Origin: Octopus sinensis
Lineage: Eukaryota
DNA length: 64,000 bases
Direction: 5' to 3'
NCBI RefSeq assembly: GCF_006345805.1
Contig: NC_043005.1
Coordinates: 55,924,001-55,988,000 of the forward strand
The notes below the pieces were generated by a model, which saw nothing but the letters and a program-made list of their open reading frames with translations, ran no database searches and was not told where the DNA came from. This document shows, one piece after another, positions 59,241-64,000 of this stretch. The first letter of the stretch is position 1. Each line of letters starts with the position of its first letter. The position numbers and the translations under genes were made by a program.

Positions 59241-60914
59241 GTGCTGGTGGTGGCAATAGTGGTGGTGGCTTTGGCGGTGGTGGTGCAAAGCTCTTATGCC
59301 CTAACATCCGTTTTTGCATGTTATAATGGCTAATTGAAAACACCAACAATTATAAGTCATCTGTAGCCAATAACTTTATTGATTTCCAGTAACTTTTCAA
59401 CAAGGTAAACAGCAATGTTATGTGGCAAAATCATTAGAAAGTATGAAATATCTGAACATGTATAGGGTAGTGTGGGAATGACAGAGTGTTTTGTTGTTAA
59501 AATTGGTGAGATATTAGACAATGCTGTGTTATGTCATCATTTCCATTTCAGTCTCGTTATAGATTTTGAATTGAGGCAGGTTGATCAAAGACATTGACAC
59601 ATTTGTGACAAGAATAAAATGTTATGTGATTTGGAGTTTACCAGTGATATTGTGTTGACAGAAAAAAAAAAACCAAACAAGTTTGCCAATGTATGTGATA
59701 TGACGTACAACTTCTCGTTGTCACTGTTATAATACCAAACGTTCCTGATATTTTCTTATTATTCTCCAACTGTGTATCTTCAACAAACACTCCACGATAT
59801 CTCTATTCAATAATTCCTACAACCTGTATACCATGACTGCATATATGACACTCTTCCCAGACTGTTCTGCGCATGCTCATTTATATTAACTAGTATAGTT
59901 CACTTAGCCAGTCACGGGGGTGTACAGATTCCCCATACAACAGTATGAACTCTGTGAAGTCTGCAGTGGATAAAAATTAGCTGCTTTAATGCAAAAAGAA
60001 AAAAAGTGAAAAACATGAATGTCCAACATCAAGAGGGCTCCAAGATCATAGTAAATGGTGAAATCTTAGAAAATATACGTATTATTTAATCTATTTGTGT
60101 GGTATAATGTGTGCTGGTTGAGGCTGTGGCAGAGATGCCAACTCATTGTTAGAAAAGTTGAGACAAAATTTGGCAAGATTGCTAAGAATAGGAAACAGAA
60201 ACAAAAAAAGAAAGAAAGAAAGAAGGAAAGAAAACATTCATAAGTATAGCAACTAAAATTCCAGCCTATAGTTCAATGTGATTTTCTGTTCTTCAATGTG
60301 GCAGCAAATCTTGGCAACTATATAAAAGCAATGAGGAAAAGACTGAATGTATTCCGTCAAAGGGAAATACAGTCAGTATTTTGTATTTGAGATCAAATCA
60401 CCAATGCAGAGATACTCTGAGGAATAAAACAGAAGGGATTAAGGATAAAGCTGAGAATAAGAAGGTTAAGGTAGTTGGATCATGTATTGAGACTGAGCGC
60501 TGGTGGAAGTATACGGAATAAGGAACTGAAGTGGAAATCTTTAAGAAAGGTAAAAGACCAAACTTCACATGACAAAGTGGTTTAAAAAATTTATCTTAAA
60601 TCTGGCAAAAATAACTGAAAACCGAGATACAGTTGTGATGGGCATGGGTGGACTGATGAGCAGCATACAATGGAACAGACTAATATCTGCATGTGTGTGT
60701 GTGTGTGTGTGTGGTGGGGGAGGAGTGCATGTCTGCAAATGTATCTGTAGGTGTTTTGACAAAGTAGAAAATAAATTTGCAAACAAGGAGAAAAGTGAGT
60801 ACAAGTAGTGAAGTTATTATTTCTATTAGGAGCTGACAACTTCACTAATTGTTTCTGTCTACCTGAATTCACAATGCTTGGGTTACCCCAAGGCTATGGT
60901 AATTATACTACCCA

Positions 60915-61376
60915 AGGTGTCACATATATGTATATATCACTTTTGAACCAAATGTTTTCAGGTACAGTCTCACTGCATGACACCACGGGCGAGTGTCTTC
61001 TACTGTAACCTCAGGCCGACATAAGCATTCTGAATAGATATGATAAATAAAAACTGAAAGCCCAGGTGTGATTGAGTGGTAAGAAGCTTGCTTCCCAGCC
61101 ACATCATTCCAGGTTCAGTCCCACTGTGTGGCACCATGGGCAAGTGTCTTCTACTGTAACCTCAGACCAATAAAAGCATTCTGAGTGGATATGGTAAATA
61201 GAAACTGAAAACTCAGGTGTGGTTGTGTGGTAAGAAGCTTGCTTCCCATCTACATGGTTTCAGGTTTAGTCGCACTGCATGGCACTGTGGGCAAGTGTCT
61301 TCTACAGTAGCCTCAGGCCTATGAAAGCCCTGTGAGTGGATTTGGTAGATGGGGACTGAAAGAAGCCCATTGTATA
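60915..61376 (+). mobile_element. Head-to-tail trimer of SINE family B (about 148-bp period)
   Basis: gagtgtcttctactgtaacctcag recurs at about 60991, 61142 and 61294. Confidence 0.85.
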
Positions 61377-61889
61377 TCTATATATATAAAACTGTAGTTG
61401 TGTGAGTGTCTGTCCCCTTCGATTTAGATTCCTAACTACTCCCACATTTTGCGGTGCAGTTTAACCAAATTCAGGTATCTTATAGTTGTGATTCATATCG
61501 AGCCCGTCTGAGTATTAGTGCGCGTCTACGATGAGTCAACGATTTAAAAAATAATTTAACATTATTTGTTATTCCATTTTAATGCATAATTTTTCGTGTG
61601 TCAATGGCGGCGGAGTTGGCGTCCACGGTCACACCTGCACCTGTTTGCTTCTCCCCCTTCTTCCCTCCCTCGTGAAGCTGTGGGGAAGGGAGTGTAAAGA
61701 AATCAACGTCGTAAAGCATTGTCAAGGAGACCAGCGTTCTTTTAGAACAACGACTTCATGGCTTGAAGACACCAAAACAGAAATGGCTAAGAAAGCCTGA
61801 ATTGGCATCTATAAGGGAAGTAACTCTCTAAAAATGCTTATATAATTCTTTCCCTTACAAACCCGAGCAATGCCGGGCGATACTGCTAG
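61377..61889 (+). mobile_element. Non-autonomous Helitron inserted in a SINE
   Basis: 5' a|TCTATATATATAAA; 3' hairpin cccg-agcaatgc-cggg followed by CTAG; the SINE resumes at 61890-62130. Confidence 0.85.
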
Positions 61890-62138
61890 CATATGTATAT
61901 GTATGTGTGTATGTGTATTTGTGTTCTTGTTTGTCCTCCCATCACCACTTGACAACTGGTGTTGGTGTGTTTATGTCTCTGTAACTTAGCGGTTTGGCAA
62001 AATAGACTAATAGAATAAGTACTAGGCTTAAATGGAAAAAAAAGTCCTGAGGTCAATTTGTTTGACTAAAACCCTTCAAGGTGGTGCTCCAGCATGACTG
62101 CAATCAAATGACTGAAACAAGTAAAAAGAGTAAAAGAA

Positions 62139-62169
<31 letters not shown>

Positions 62170-62172
62170 ACG

Positions 62173-62245
<73 letters not shown>

Positions 62246-62433
62246 TGAGAGAAAGACTGATAGATGTATAAGTTTGTGTGTGAGTGTCTTTCTGTGAGTG
62301 AATTCATATATCCCTTCGTTTTCTTGTATCTTTGTTGGTTGTAAAACTCTCATTCAAACAGTATTGTGGTTTTCTTTTTCTGTCACAATATACTCTTGTC
62401 TGGCCATGAAAGCTTGCGAAAGCTGATGTTAAA

Positions 62434-62473
<40 letters not shown>

Positions 62474-63043
62474 GTCTGGGATATAGACAGTTGGTATAAC
62501 AATTCTATTTTTAAATGAAAAAAACAAAAAAAGAAGCATACTCTTGGGATTGTGTTGAATTCTGTAAGTAGACAAAATTGGTTGTCTCTTTTAGAAAATC
62601 TTGAATTTAAATATTGAATAAAATGTTGAGCTGAATCTCATATTAATTTTTCAACTACATATACGATGATAAGGCTTTCTATTTCTATAATGCAAGATAA
62701 TGGAATGAGGCTTCTTTGATCTCTAGTTGTCTAGCTTCACTCCTATATTCAAACACCATATCAAATATATGTTATTTGCTGATTTCTAATACTTCGCTTT
62801 GAGAAGTCATTCAACATTTTCAATACATATTGAACTATAATCTTATTTGCATCTTCAAAAGTTTGCAGTCCAGCCTTTTTGACCTTATGAAGTTATAGCA
62901 CTCACACTACAAACATCTTTATTTGTTCATCCATTAAGTTGATGTAAAGATCTAAGGGTGACAATATTACTTATATTAAACACATTACTTGATCTTGGTT
63001 TGGTAAAGATAAAAGTCATGTGTGAGTATAAGAATTCAGATAA

Positions 63044-63432
63044 AAATGTGATCTTGAAACACAAGTCCAATTTTCAGACATTCCAATTTATAATGACAAA
63101 ACAAATATAGAAAAAAAATACAAATTAAATTTTACTTAAAATTTTCTCAGCATGAATTTAGTACATATATATGCTTCTTTTCCTTTGAACTCATCATGGA
63201 TACAAGTTTTTATTTTTTTGTTTTGTTTTTGGCTGGGATAAATGTGATCTTGAAACACAAGTCCAATTTTCAGACATTCCATTTATAATGACAAAACAAA
63301 TATAGAAAAAAAAATACAAATTAAATTTTACTTAAAATTTTCTCGCATGAATTTAGTACATATATATGCTTTTTTCCTTGCACTCATCATGGATACAAGT
63401 TTTTATTTTTTTGTTTTGTTTTTGGCTGGGAT
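63044..63432 (+). repeat. Near-identical 196-bp tandem duplication
   Basis: aaatgtgatcttgaaacacaag...ggctgggat starts at 63044 and 63240 with few differences. Confidence 0.95.
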
Positions 63433-63709
63433 GCAATATTCTATGATGTTTTAATGTAAGAAAGGTGATGCTAATTAGTGATATAAATGCAATAATATAG
63501 ATTACATAAATGAATTAGATATTAAGGTGTTCAATGTAAAATAATATTAGATGTTATAAGCACTGATTTAGAAAGAGAACAGAGAAACAGAGTGCTGAGT
63601 AGAGGTCAACCTATGTATTTATTGTTATCAGGTAACATCTCAATCTAGATACTTAAAATCTATATTTTCTCGATTATATTTTTTAACTCTACTACTCTTA
63701 TTTCCAGGA

Positions 63710-63920
63710 GTTTCAAATTTTGGCACAAGGCTTGAAATTTCAGGGGTGGGGCTATGTTGATTGCATTGATCCCAGTGATTAACTACTAACTTATTTTATC
63801 AACAAAGGATGAAAGGCAAAGTCAGTCTCAGTGGAATTTGAACTCAGAACATAAAGATGGATGAAATGCCATTAAGTAATTTGCCTGTTGTGCTAACGAT
63901 TCTGCAAGTTTTCCACCTTC
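63710..63920 (-). mobile_element. SINE family A
   Basis: tttcaaattttggcacaagg...ggatgaaaggcaaagtc...gaatttgaactcagaac. Confidence 0.82.
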
Positions 63921-64000
63921 ATGAGATAATTAATTGATCAGTTATTTTAGCAAAGCAGTTATAACTCTGTGTGTGTGTGTGTGTGTGAGTGTATGCATAT

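Larger units (their letters stand above)
55880..60570 (+). mobile_element. Ancient RTE LINE broken into collinear blocks (55880-56240, 57770-58190, 59340-59680, 59950-60560)
   Basis: Conceptual blocks in ORF2 order: AKNRLGRK..WI; WMEHFKEVLN..ARIDGIP..IWCDEKISKDW..IVKLPKK; NNFIDFQ..LCDLEFTSDIVL (from LEDLDFADDIAL); KIIVNGEILE..LQCGSKSW..DQITNAEIL..LDHVLR. Confidence 0.8.

Overview
AT-rich animal genomic DNA with very dense microsatellites ((TA)n, (CA)n, (TATG)n, (GATA)n, (CAT)n). The SINE, LINE and MITE repertoire is what I recognise from Octopus-type cephalopod genomes (inference). I found no confidently supportable host protein-coding gene; the window reads as intergenic or large-intron sequence, and almost all listed ORFs are microsatellite or antisense artefacts. 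Real coding signal is transposon-derived: a near-intact Tx1/L1-clade LINE (36.0-40.3 kb, ORF2 broken by one 1-bp frameshift), a young 5'-truncated CR1 LINE (25.1-26.1 kb), a full-length IR/DR-type Tc1 (9.7-11.3 kb, DD34E, decayed), several mariner/Tc1 remnants, a Penelope-like element (42.6-44.4 kb), RTE fragments including one old RTE scattered over 55.9-60.6 kb, a piggyBac transposase fragment, Helitron-like elements and dozens of SINEs. The most notable non-standard signals are a 42-bp perfect inverted repeat enclosing a 32-bp loopless palindrome (23.6 kb), minimal hammerhead ribozyme motifs in Penelope ends, a structured RTE-leader-like element with hammerhead-like geometry (58.5 kb), a 2-kb Helitron-like foldback, many long hairpin MITEs, and a CTCF/NRF1/ETS/YY1 motif cluster at 16.6-16.75 kb. 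Boundaries of decayed repeats are approximate.
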